Of a DNA stretch of 64,000 bases, positions 10,555 to 19,815 are shown piece after piece. Under the pieces are notes generated by a model. That model saw nothing but the letters and a program-made list of their open reading frames with translations, was not told where the DNA came from and did not search any database. The DNA is from Bdellovibrionota bacterium (lineage in GTDB: Bacteria; Bdellovibrionota; UBA1018; CAIPTA01; JAALKR01), in the NCBI GenBank assembly GCA_965207455.1, contig CBDBMJ010000001.1, forward strand, positions 1,504,001-1,568,000, in the 5' to 3' direction. Positions within the stretch are counted from its first letter, which is position 1. The number at the start of each line of letters is the position of its first letter. The position numbers and the translations under genes are program-made.

Positions 10555-11358
10555 TCACATAAACTGGAACGGGTCCGTTCCCCAAAATTCCTTCACATTT
10601 ATTGACGAAGAAAAATCCAGCAACCACTCTTTCATCACCGTACAAAAATGCTTTTCTGTTCCAAAGTGACCCACGTCCACTAGACATATTCCATCTGTCC
10701 TTGCCTCCAGCGCTTCATGGTATTTTATGTCTCCCGTAATATAAAAATCCAAACCCAACTCCCTCACCCGACCATACATACACATTCCCGACCCACTCAT
10801 AAACCCCACCGTGGACACCACCTTACCCATATCACCCACTACACGCACCGACGACACATCAAAAACCTTTTTTATCGTACTTAAAAATACCGCACCCTTG
10901 GGACCACCAGGTAACGTTCCATACAGACCATAACCATATTGATTTTCTTTATCCCCTTGAGCTAAAGAAAAGTCCTCCAGTACATTTAGCCCCTCTATGC
11001 CCAAGCGCTTACATAAGTTGTGGTGAAGGGCTTGGGGAGCTCGATCGAAATTGGTATGAACACAAATATGATTGATCCCCTCCCTAATTAAGCGCTCAAT
11101 AAGCGCACTCTCCCCGCGAGACTCTTCAAACGTAAGCGTTTGAGTGGGTCGAAACATCAAAGGATGATGGGTAATAATCGTATTTAATTTTTCCGCTAAC
11201 GCAAAATCCACTAAGTCGTGGGTGGGCTCAATGGAACAAACCACCCCAGTAACGGTTCTCCGCCCATCCCCCACCAGTATACCCACATTATCCCAAGCCT
11301 CAGCATGGGCAAATGGCGCTCTGCGATTAAGAAATTGCACAATATCTTCTGTCTTCAT
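10555..11358 (-). CDS. Nif3/YbgI-like dinuclear metal-centre protein
   Basis: AEAWDNVG, ITHHPL, HTNFD, TGDIKYH, DVGHFGTE. Confidence 0.93.
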   Translation of the reverse strand: MKTEDIVQFLNRRAPFAHAEAWDNVGILVGDGRRTVTGVVCSIEPTHDLVDFALAEKLNTIITHHPLMFRPTQTLTFEESRGESALIERLIREGINHICVHTNFDRAPQALHHNLCKRLGIEGLNVLEDFSLAQGDKENQYGYGLYGTLPGGPKGAVFLSTIKKVFDVSSVRVVGDMGKVVSTVGFMSGSGMCMYGRVRELGLDFYITGDIKYHEALEARTDGICLVDVGHFGTEKHFCTVMKEWLLDFSSSINVKEFWGTDPFQFM

Positions 11359-11436
11359 CTCTCTAAATTATAACTTGTATTGAACTTTTATTCATATTCA
11401 TTTAGTTTGTTATAGAACGCAGTGAATTTCAAATGT

Positions 11437-11761
11437 GGGCCCATAGCTCAGTTGGTTAGAGCAATCGGCTCATCAAAATGGTGCCCTTAGCTTGAAAGAA
11501 CTAAGGTGTAGGCGGTGAATTCAGGGAAACCTACGGCAATATGCTACGGCAATCCTGAGCCAAGCCCAACGAATAGGCTACAAAAGGTAGTTGGGAAGGT
11601 GCAACGACTAGGGTTTGAGGATGGCCAATACCAATACAAACCCAATAGCGCCGCCCACCCTAACGAGTAAGGTCGAGGGTGAAGAGATAGTCTGGCGAGT
11701 TGTGAAAGCAACATAAAGCTGAACCGATGGGTCGTAGGTTCGAGTCCTACTGGGCCCACCA
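11437..11761 (+). tRNA. tRNA-Ile(CAU) (Ile2 most likely), split: exon1 11437-11473, exon2 11722-11761
   Basis: Joined exons give a 77-nt cloverleaf: GGGCCCA/TGGGCCC acceptor, ATCGG-CTCATAA-CCGAT anticodon arm, GTTCGAG T-loop, encoded CCA. Lacks the initiator C1:A72 mismatch and the GGG/CCC anticodon stem. Confidence 0.9.
11474..11721 (+). ncRNA. Group I intron (IC3-like, 248 nt, no ORF) in tRNA anticodon loop
   Basis: U before the 5' splice site, terminal G, IGS GTG, P3 GGCGGTG/CGCCGCC, P4 TTCAGG/CCTGAG, P7 GACTA/TAGTC, P8 CACCCT/AGGGTG, J8/7 GAAGAGATAGTC. Confidence 0.93.
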
Positions 11762-11833
11762 CATTTGATTTTCATTGCTGTTTAAACGAAATCTTTGGTG
11801 TATAAGACTAAAGATATAGTAGTGTTTTTGTGT

Positions 11834-11910
11834 GCGGGAATAGCTCAGTTGGCTAGAGCATCAGCCTTCCAAGCTGAGGGTCGCGAGTTCGAATCTCGTT
11901 TCCCGCTCCA
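11834..11910 (+). tRNA. tRNA-Gly(TCC)
   Basis: GCGGGAA...TTCCCGC-TCCA; anticodon arm TCAGC-CTTCCAA-GCTGA. Confidence 0.97.
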
Positions 11911-12115
11911 TTATATTACGGGTCTCTAAAGTTAATGGTGGAAGTCATTCCAAAACACAGCCCCAGAAGCATGCAGCGTCAAGTTAGGAGACCCCTTTTT
12001 TCGAGGCACAAAGGCATTTTTTTATTTATTTTAATTTGACACGTCAGACCATACAGTATATAAAATATGGAAACCACAATGCGCAATGCGGCGTTGACAA
12101 ACAAAGGAGTAAAAA

Positions 12116-12865
12116 ATGAGACACACAAAAAAACAATATGGTAGATACGGTAACTTGGCTTTGGTTATTTGCTTATCCGTTGGAGTTTTCTTTACAGCAA
12201 CCACAAAAGCTGACGCTAAAGAGCTTATTCTACGTGTAGAGGCAAAATACCAACAAGATGAATTCATTGATTTGAGAGATCTAGTTGAATGGAAGTACAG
12301 CAATAGCAGGAAAATTCTGAAAAATAGAAAATTATTGAGTATAAACGTTAAAGGAAAGAGTGTGAATCGCTATAGAAATCAAGCCATCTTAGAGTTAGTG
12401 ATAGGTTCAGAATCCCAGAGTTCAGAATACTTAAATGGATTCATGGAAAGGATTCAATTGAAGAGTTCTTATTCTTCTTACAGTTCTTCATGGTATTTAG
12501 ACGTAAGAAAAGGACCAGCATATATAAAGGAGATCGTTCTTGTTTTAAGTGACAAGAACAGAGGAAACGGGAACTCTCGATGTGGGTTTAATTGCCGTTC
12601 TCGTTCTGTATGTAACTCACACACATCCTCTCGTGAATTGAAGAGGACTTGTAATAGGGTAGTTTCAAAGCCATCTATTACTCGAGCCTGTTATGAGTTT
12701 ACTCGTTCTTCACCTTCAGAAAGGCTTTGCCTAAAAAAACAAATACCTCCAGATTATACAAGAAATTGCTCTCGCAGATCAGGATTAGAGCATCAGTATC
12801 GTTGTCTAGAACAATTCGGCCAAAAAGAACCAATACCAATATCGTTATTTCCTCCCCGCCGGTGA
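12116..12865 (+). CDS. Exported protein with Cys-rich C-terminus
   Basis: AAGGAG RBS, signal peptide, beta-rich N-terminal half, C-terminal half with about 8 Cys. Confidence 0.7.
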   Translation: MRHTKKQYGRYGNLALVICLSVGVFFTATTKADAKELILRVEAKYQQDEFIDLRDLVEWKYSNSRKILKNRKLLSINVKGKSVNRYRNQAILELVIGSESQSSEYLNGFMERIQLKSSYSSYSSSWYLDVRKGPAYIKEIVLVLSDKNRGNGNSRCGFNCRSRSVCNSHTSSRELKRTCNRVVSKPSITRACYEFTRSSPSERLCLKKQIPPDYTRNCSRRSGLEHQYRCLEQFGQKEPIPISLFPPRR

Positions 12866-13120
12866 AACTCAGTACTGACAAGTCATAGCACAACAAGAGT
12901 TAGGTAAAATTCTAAAAACTTCGACACAAGCGTTGCTCTTTTGCGACTGTACATAGATTTTTCCTAAAGTAGTTTTAATTCCAGCTAGAATAGATTCATA
13001 TTCCTTTTCTTATACCTTTTTTCAGGTCGTCGTTTTCCCCTTCCAATAAATCAATACCCTATTTCCTGTATCGCTTCCTCCTTTTGAGAGTCTCTAGTAT
13101 TTAGAGGACAAAATCAACTA

Positions 13121-13180
13121 ACACAAGCCAACATAAGCCGGCATAAACCAACATAAACTAAAATAAGCTAACCAAACCAG
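13121..13180 (+). repeat. Degenerate 10-bp tandem repeats (ACATAAGCCA-like)
   Basis: ACACAAGCCA ACATAAGCCG GCATAAACCA ACATAAACTA AAATAAGCTA ACCAAACCAG. Confidence 0.6.
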
Positions 13181-13248
13181 CTAAAATAAAAAAACTGAAA
13201 TAAAATTAAAACCATGGAAACGAAACTAAAACTAAAAGGAGAAAAAAA

Positions 13249-13848
13249 ATGATAATAAATAAAACCATCATATCTTATGTACTGATATTTTTTTGTGCGT
13301 TTTCCGTACAAGCACTGGCTAATGTGGCAACACAGGACAACGGTCCGCTAGCTAGTTTTAATATAAGTGATAATATCACTTACCGCGAAACACTGAAAAA
13401 AGCTTTTAATAAAGCGCCATCAGCAGAGGTCAATGATGTTCTTGGTTGGACCAGTGGAAGGTGCTATGATATACATGCACAAAACGTTCCTAAAAACATA
13501 TTAATTGCTGGAGCTAAATTTGATTTAAATGGTCCCGAGCTCCCATATATCCATAAAGTTACTGCCATTAGATATGGTGGTGGTCCAGACTATTTTGACA
13601 ATTTTATGGAGGATGAGGCAGCTGCAAGAAAAGTAGAAAGTCTTATAAATAATTTATATAAGAGCATAGAGGGATCAGTACAGAAAGATGGAACCCTTCT
13701 AGGTTATTCTGGTCAAACTACTCTTACTTTGAGAAAGGGAGAAATAATGCAATCAAATGAGAAATATCTTCTGGCAGCAACAACTCATTATAATAACTTT
13801 GAATACGTCAAGGATTACTGTTATTTCTTTAAGCAAGTTAAAAACTAA
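13249..13848 (+). CDS. Hypothetical exported protein
   Basis: AAGGAG RBS, signal peptide (VQALA), ends YCYFF; followed by a terminator. Confidence 0.75.
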   Translation: MIINKTIISYVLIFFCAFSVQALANVATQDNGPLASFNISDNITYRETLKKAFNKAPSAEVNDVLGWTSGRCYDIHAQNVPKNILIAGAKFDLNGPELPYIHKVTAIRYGGGPDYFDNFMEDEAAARKVESLINNLYKSIEGSVQKDGTLLGYSGQTTLTLRKGEIMQSNEKYLLAATTHYNNFEYVKDYCYFFKQVKN

Positions 13849-13871
13849 AACGAACCTAAATAGTAATAAAC

Positions 13872-13900
13872 AAAATCCCCTCCAAGCGAGGGGATTTTTT
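13872..13900 (+). terminator. Rho-independent terminator
   Basis: AAAATCCCCTC-CAAGC-GAGGGGATTTTTT. Confidence 0.8.
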
Positions 13901-14120
13901 CCTGTACTGAATACACTATTTCAGCAACTTATAAGGGATCTGACTCTTATAGCAACAGCATAGCGCGATGCATTATTTCCGATAAAATGACTCACTCAAT
14001 TATTTTGCCCACTGAGTAAAAAACCCTTGACCGGGAAGGAAATCTCAAGTACTCAGCTATTAACAAAAGGATTTCTTCGCAGTGAGTTCCTTAAATAAAC
14101 TATATGAAAGAGAGGAAATT

Positions 14121-14604
14121 ATGAACAATATATTAAAATCAACGTTAACACTCATTAATAGCTTGCACTTTATGGAGCTCTTCAGCTTCTGCTGGTGCTG
14201 TTATAGAAATAGTCACAGAAACGCCTAATGGTCAAAAGGTAGAATGTAAAGTAGTACTATACCCCGATGCAACGAGAGCTATAGCACATTGCACATCTGC
14301 ACAGGAGCTTGAGGTTAATGGAGAAATAGAGGTTTTTATGGTCCAAGCTAATGTGACAACGGGAGTCTTTGATGGTGAAGAGGGAGTTGCTCTTCTAGTG
14401 GAGGTATATCCCTTTACAAATTTAACATCGTCAGTAGGCAGTATGAAACTTTATTGCCGCGGTGGGGGTATTTCCGAAGACTCCTGTGGTAAGGATTTTG
14501 GAAAATTTGAATCAGAGAGGGAAGACCTTAATCTTGAGTGGTCAATCAAGTTTGATCAAAAATGGCAACCTAAACTGAATCTTGATCTCGTCGAGGTAAA
14601 ATAA
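14121..14604 (+). pseudogene. Exported protein gene with a frameshift in its signal peptide
   Basis: GAGG RBS and ATG at 14121 (MNNILKSTLTL). The reading continues in the +1 frame as LIACTLWSSSASA-GAVIEIV... into track ORF 14338-14604. Confidence 0.65.
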
Positions 14605-14687
14605 GAAAGTAGAAAATAAGCGCACTTGTTAAGAGTGCTAGTTATTTACTCCCGGCCTTTCTCTTGAGTGGAAAGGATACGGAAAGT

Positions 14688-14720
14688 AAAAAAGTCCCTT
14701 CCAAGCGAGGGGATTTTTTT
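14688..14720 (+). terminator. Rho-independent terminator
   Basis: AAAAAAGTCCCTT-CCAAGC-GAGGGATTTTTTT. Confidence 0.75.
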
Positions 14721-14846
14721 GCTTAGTGCGTATACTTCATATTGCTTTCAAGAATTTTTAGAGGCACTAGATTAGTATGTTTTCCTGAAAAAATATTGTC
14801 TTTGTTGCTCTCACTTGATTATAATCAATTTATCAAGGATGGTCTT

Positions 14847-15374
14847 ATGATAAAAAGATACACCAATTTTTTGTTTCCGTTATTTGCTCTATGCATATCG
14901 ATGCTGCCAAATAATGCTATGGCCAGTTCTAAATATCAGGTCAACTTAGGCGCACTTTTTGCTATTGATCTGGATATTACAGGATATAGATATATCAATA
15001 TTGGTATGAATATTCTCCCTAGGATATATGTGGGACCCTACTTAGAAAGCTTCTCCCAAACCTTCACTTTTGCTGGTAATGACGAGCAACTAGAGGGAAC
15101 AAGCTTTGGTGCCTCTATTTTATATGAAAGAGGTGATTGGTTTTTTCTCGGCACTGTTGCCCCCATTGGGAGCAGTCATTTTAAAAAAGAACTGGATAGA
15201 CCTGATCCTAGCACACCCTCTCTTTGGTCTATTACCGCAGGATATGCAGTTATACCGGACCTTGGCTTTAATATGCTTTTATCCTATTTTTCCAGAACAC
15301 ATGGCAGTGACACAACAAATGGTTTGTCGAATAATGGCCTAGGTATTGGATTTGCTTTCAAACTCAATTTCTAG
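14847..15374 (+). CDS. Small outer-membrane beta-barrel protein, array copy 1
   Basis: Signal peptide MIKRYTNFLFPL..NAMA, alternating beta strands, C-terminal FKLNF. Confidence 0.75.
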   Translation: MIKRYTNFLFPLFALCISMLPNNAMASSKYQVNLGALFAIDLDITGYRYINIGMNILPRIYVGPYLESFSQTFTFAGNDEQLEGTSFGASILYERGDWFFLGTVAPIGSSHFKKELDRPDPSTPSLWSITAGYAVIPDLGFNMLLSYFSRTHGSDTTNGLSNNGLGIGFAFKLNF

Positions 15375-15514
15375 CTGTACCTGAATATCTTTTTTTCTCT
15401 ATTTTCGTGTTACACTAAATGTATCAAGGAGGTTGTTATGATAAAAAGAAATACCAATTTTTTGTTTCCACTATTATTGGTCCTGTGCATGTTGATATTG
15501 CCAAATGATGCCAT
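15375..15514 (+). repeat. 140-bp direct repeat (second copy 20322-20461) covering promoter, RBS and signal-peptide codons
   Basis: CTGTACCTGAATATC...GATGCCAT identical except one base (GATATTG vs GATACTG). Confidence 0.92.
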
Positions 15515-15965
15515 AGCCATGCCGAAATTTCAAACCAACATAGGTGTGCTAAGTTCTTTAAGACCTGATTCAACTGGTGACAGCAGTTACTATCTAAACG
15601 TGGGAATAGGGATTATTCCTCAACTCTATGTTGGTCCTTACTTTGCCTTGCTCACTCATCCTCTAGATACACATAATAACTTGAAAGGGAGCACTTTCGG
15701 TCTATCCGCTCTATATGAACTAAACGATTGGTTTTTTCTTGGAACTTTTGCCCCCTTCGGCTCTACTAAAAAGGTTGTACGCGGCAGAGAAACAGACACT
15801 AGTATAGACTTGCCTCTCACCATTTCCATTGGCGTGGGTTTTTTAGTCATACCATATTTTGGTCTAAGCCTATCCCAGGTCTGGAGAACATATGGTAATG
15901 ATGAAGCAACTAGAGAATCCTCTTCTTCCTTACGCGTTGGATGTGTTGGCAAAATAAATTTTTAA
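15438..15965 (+). CDS. Small outer-membrane beta-barrel protein, array copy 2
   Basis: Paralogous signal peptide, YVGPY and WFFLGT motifs, ends GKINF. Confidence 0.75.
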   Translation: MIKRNTNFLFPLLLVLCMLILPNDAIAMPKFQTNIGVLSSLRPDSTGDSSYYLNVGIGIIPQLYVGPYFALLTHPLDTHNNLKGSTFGLSALYELNDWFFLGTFAPFGSTKKVVRGRETDTSIDLPLTISIGVGFLVIPYFGLSLSQVWRTYGNDEATRESSSSLRVGCVGKINF

Positions 15966-15971
15966 CTTTTT

Positions 15972-16554
15972 ATGATAAAAAGAAATACTAATTTCTTTTC
16001 TCTACTATTTTTCCTGTTTATATTGCTGTCACCAAATAATGCTATAGCGAAAAAAGATGAAGAAGCTAAGAAAAATAAATCTGCCCTAAATTTTCAGGTA
16101 AATATAGGACGTCTTGCCGCTCTTGATAACCTGATCGTTTATTATTTCAGTACTGGTATAAGGGTTGCTCCCAAGCTATATGTGGGGCCCTACCTAGAGT
16201 TGTTTCAAGATGATTTCAGCCTTACCCGTCATAAATATAATGAACGAGTTGAGGGGACAAACTTCGGTGCCTCTATTTTATATGAAGAAAAAAATTGGTT
16301 TTTTCTGGGCACTCTTGCCCCCCTTTGGAAGTAGTAAACTTAATGAGAGACGGACGGATATTGAAAATAAGCCACTTGATGTTACCAAACCCGTCCTTTA
16401 CTCCATTACTGCGGGATATTCACTCATACCGCCGCTCCACTTTAATTTGCTTATCTCCTATTTTTACAGAACATATAGCGATGACAAAACAGCTCACTAT
16501 GACAATAATTCCTTTGCCATCGGAATTGCTTTCAAATTCAATTTCAGGCTCTAG
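15972..16554 (+). pseudogene. Small outer-membrane beta-barrel protein, array copy 3, frameshifted in a C-run
   Basis: ORFs 15972-16334 and 16210-16554 join if C6 at 16318-16323 is C5, as in copies 1, 2 and 4. Confidence 0.8.
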
Positions 16555-16703
16555 CTATTTTACTAGATACTCTCGCAAGAAATCTATCTGCTTAAACATC
16601 CTTCTTTCTTTTTTTCTTGATCCACCAGCCCATGCTATTTCCTAAAAAAACGTTGCACCTGTTGTTTCCACCTATTATAATATTAATTATCAAGGAGATA
16701 TTT

Positions 16704-17303
16704 ATGACAAGAAAAAGTGTAACTACTGTTTTTTTGCTTCCACTACTTACTCTATGCATGCTGATATTGCCAAATGATGCTATTGCAAAGGAAGGTAAGA
16801 AAGCTAAGAAAAAGAAAGCTAATTTTCAATTCAATATAGGATATCTTAATGCTTTTGATGCAGTGGGCGTTTATTATATCAATGCTGGCATAAAGATTGG
16901 CCCCAAGTTATATGTGGGGCCCTACCTAGAATGGTTTAGAGATGATTACAGTTTTGACGCTAATCTTTTTACTTCCTCAGATGAGCATTATAATGAACGT
17001 GTTGAAGGAATAAATTTTGGTGCCTCTATTTTATATAAAAAAAGAAGGTGGTTTTTTCTAGGCACTCTTGCCCCCTTTGGAAGTAGTAAACTTAAGGATA
17101 AGCGACAGCTTGGCAATACAACATCTGATGTCACCAAACCTATCCTTTGGGGTGTTACTGTGGGATATTTAATTATACCGAAGATCCATTTTAATCTGCT
17201 CACCTCCTATTTTTCTAGACAGTATCGCGATGACCCAACAGATTACTACGAAAATAATTCCTTTGCTATCGGATTTGGTTTCAAGTTCCACCTCAAACTC
17301 TAG
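16704..17303 (+). CDS. Small outer-membrane beta-barrel protein, array copy 4
   Basis: AAGGAG RBS, signal peptide, YVGPYLE, EGINFGASILY, WFFLGTLAPFGSS, ends FKFHLKL. Confidence 0.78.
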   Translation: MTRKSVTTVFLLPLLTLCMLILPNDAIAKEGKKAKKKKANFQFNIGYLNAFDAVGVYYINAGIKIGPKLYVGPYLEWFRDDYSFDANLFTSSDEHYNERVEGINFGASILYKKRRWFFLGTLAPFGSSKLKDKRQLGNTTSDVTKPILWGVTVGYLIIPKIHFNLLTSYFSRQYRDDPTDYYENNSFAIGFGFKFHLKL

Positions 17304-17507
17304 TTATTATGATAAAAAGAAATACTAATTTCTTGCTTCCACTATTTATCCTGTGCATATTGATATTGCCAAATAATACTATGGCAAAGAAAGACGAGAA
17401 GGCTAAGGAAAATAAAGCTACTCCCAATCTTCGTAACTTAGTCTTTTGACCGCCCCATCTTTTCCTAATTATTTCTGAAACCATCTCCTTATTATTAAGG
17501 AGGTAAT

Positions 17508-17855
17508 ATGGAAGAAGGAATTCAAGAATTAGAGACCAAGATTAGTTCTCATTTGACACGTTCAAAAAACAGCAAGGGTATCCATTGGCCCAAAGAACTA
17601 AAGGAGGAACTCCTTGTTCTATTTAAAGAAAGCGGCCTCAGCATTCAAAACTTTTCTAGAAAGATGAAACTACCCAGGCCAACCTTGCGCTCGTGGATAT
17701 GTGCTTTAGAAAAGAAAGAGAAACCTCATTTTAAAAAAGTAAAAATTGGCTCTGAAGATAAAGGTTTTTATACCCTAAGGAGTCCCAAGGGCTATGAAGT
17801 GAATGAGCTGAGCTTTGAGGACTTATCTCGATTGCTAGATAGGGGGCTTATATGA
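17508..17855 (+). CDS. tnpA: IS66 accessory protein TnpA (HTH)
   Basis: SGLSIQNFSRKMKLPRPTLRSW HTH; first ORF of the IS66. Confidence 0.8.
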   Translation: MEEGIQELETKISSHLTRSKNSKGIHWPKELKEELLVLFKESGLSIQNFSRKMKLPRPTLRSWICALEKKEKPHFKKVKIGSEDKGFYTLRSPKGYEVNELSFEDLSRLLDRGLI

Positions 17856-18196
17856 CTTTTTGGAACACTAAAGCTGAAATTTTTATTTATTCAAAAGAGA
17901 TTGACATGAGGTGGGGCTTTGAGAGGTTGTCCTATATTATTCGGGAGAGAATGGGCAAAGATATAAACTATGGGGATTTATTTTTATTTCTTGGCTTTAA
18001 TAGGAAAAGATTAAAAGCGCTTACTTTTGACGGCAGTGGTCTGATTTTAATGTCTAAGAGATTAGAGAAAAAAAATTTCATGCTGGTATCTGATTTAATT
18101 TCCCACAAAATAACAAGGCAGGAATTAAAGTTTTTAGTACATGGATCTGTTCTAAGAAAGTATTTTCCAGATAAGAAAATTCTTAGAAAAAAATAA
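17852..18196 (+). CDS. tnpB: IS66 accessory protein TnpB
   Basis: DMRWGFERL, LFLFLG.NRKRLKAL.FDGSG...KRLE. Confidence 0.9.
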   Translation: MTFWNTKAEIFIYSKEIDMRWGFERLSYIIRERMGKDINYGDLFLFLGFNRKRLKALTFDGSGLILMSKRLEKKNFMLVSDLISHKITRQELKFLVHGSVLRKYFPDKKILRKK

Positions 18197-18252
18197 AATT
18201 ATTTTCATTTTATCCTTTATAAAAAGTAAAAATTATTTTATCATATACATGT

Positions 18253-19815
18253 ATGGAGAATCTTCCTAGGATAGTTGAAAATGAAACAAACCCCGAACTC
18301 TTGAAGGGATATTTTCAGATTTCTTGGAACGCTAGTTTATTGCTACATAAAGAAAATAAAAGATTGCGGTCCGAGAACGGTGCTTTAATGAAAAAGAAAG
18401 CAGAGGAAGATCAGCAAAAGCTTAAATTAGATAAAGACCTTACGAACTTCAAAGAAACTTATGATAAATTGAATAAAAAAAAATTTGGAAAAAGTAGTGA
18501 AAAGCGTCCTTCTTCTAGGCAGAGAGATGTGGATAGGCAACTCTCGCTCCAATCCGAAAGCCTAGCTCCTCCTCCTAAGTCAGAAGAAATGGATAGATTG
18601 GAAGAAGTTCGGGTTGATCACAGGCTAACAAAGGAAGAGCTTGCTAAAATAGCAGAAGAATATGGCTACCCTAAAGATGCGAAGTGGGAGTCTCTAAAGA
18701 TTTTTGATGAATCAAACGAAGTGGGGATAAGAGTTAAAAGTTTTATAAGAAAAAGGCACTATCTTTCTAAATATCGTCTTATAGCTAGCAAGGGTACTGA
18801 AAAAGAAATTATCGTTACAGCATCTGGTCCTAAAAGAATAGTCCCTGGTTCTAAATACTCTCCTGATTTTGCTGTAGACGTTGTAGCGCAAAAATATCTC
18901 TATCATCTTCCCTTAGAAAGAATTAGGCGTATGATCGCCTCGAACGGTTTAAGTATAGGCGTAAAGACTCTTTATTCCCTTTCCTTTTTTGTAAAAAGCC
19001 ACCTAGAAGATGTGGCACAGAGAATTCAACAAGAGATTGGGGAATGCGGACTCATATTGCACATGGATGAGACTCCTTGGCCAATCAATAACTCTACAGA
19101 AAAAAATGGGTATATGTGGACTGTGAGCAATCAAGGAGGAAGTTATTATAAATTTGCTTCAACGAGATCGGGGGCTATTGCCAAAGAGCTCTTAGGCTCC
19201 TATCGAGGGCCTGTGCTAACAGATGCATACCCAGGCTACAACGCCCACTTTAAATATATAAAAGGCGTAACACTTGCGCACTGTTGGGCTCACGCAAGAA
19301 GGAAATTTACCGATATAGAGAAAAACTACCCCGAGGAATGCAATCAAGTCTTAGATTTACTTTCTGAACTTTTTGTTGTGGAAACAAAAGCGCAACACTA
19401 CACCCATCTGTTAGAGTTAAGGCAGAGCAAATCAAAGAAAATAATAAACCAGCTTAGAGACTTGCTGTATGAACTAGCCCCTAAAACACGAGGAGAGAGC
19501 GAGTTACAAAAAGCCATTAACTATGTCCTTAAACATTGGAGTAATCTTGTGCTATTTCTAAATGATCCAAAAATTCCTCTAACAAATAATGAGGCAGAGA
19601 GAGCCATGCGCCACTGTGTTATGGGAAGAAAAAACTTTTACGGATCCAAAACAGCAAAAGGAGCAGAAACAGCAGCCACACTCTACACTGTCATAGAGAG
19701 CTGTAAAAAAGTGGAGCTTGATCCTAGAAACTATATCTCGATGGCCGTTAAAAAAGTTCTCAATGGTGAAACTCCTCTAACACCCCTGCAATACGCCAAA
19801 CATATCCGCTCTTAG
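18253..19815 (+). CDS. tnpC: IS66 DDE transposase TnpC
   Basis: KKFGKSSEK, KYLYHLPLER, HMDETP, TDAY, CWAHARRKF, TNNEAERAMR..V.GRKN. Confidence 0.95.
   Translation: MENLPRIVENETNPELLKGYFQISWNASLLLHKENKRLRSENGALMKKKAEEDQQKLKLDKDLTNFKETYDKLNKKKFGKSSEKRPSSRQRDVDRQLSLQSESLAPPPKSEEMDRLEEVRVDHRLTKEELAKIAEEYGYPKDAKWESLKIFDESNEVGIRVKSFIRKRHYLSKYRLIASKGTEKEIIVTASGPKRIVPGSKYSPDFAVDVVAQKYLYHLPLERIRRMIASNGLSIGVKTLYSLSFFVKSHLEDVAQRIQQEIGECGLILHMDETPWPINNSTEKNGYMWTVSNQGGSYYKFASTRSGAIAKELLGSYRGPVLTDAYPGYNAHFKYIKGVTLAHCWAHARRKFTDIEKNYPEECNQVLDLLSELFVVETKAQHYTHLLELRQSKSKKIINQLRDLLYELAPKTRGESELQKAINYVLKHWSNLVLFLNDPKIPLTNNEAERAMRHCVMGRKNFYGSKTAKGAETAATLYTVIESCKKVELDPRNYISMAVKKVLNGETPLTPLQYAKHIRS

Noticed and set aside
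11544..11762. 72-aa ORF as a possible intron-encoded endonuclease
   Set aside because: Antisense to the intron and tRNA, with no LAGLIDADG, HNH or GIY-YIG motif
13121..13180. Possible CRISPR array
   Set aside because: 10-bp degenerate units without spacers; no cas genes in the window
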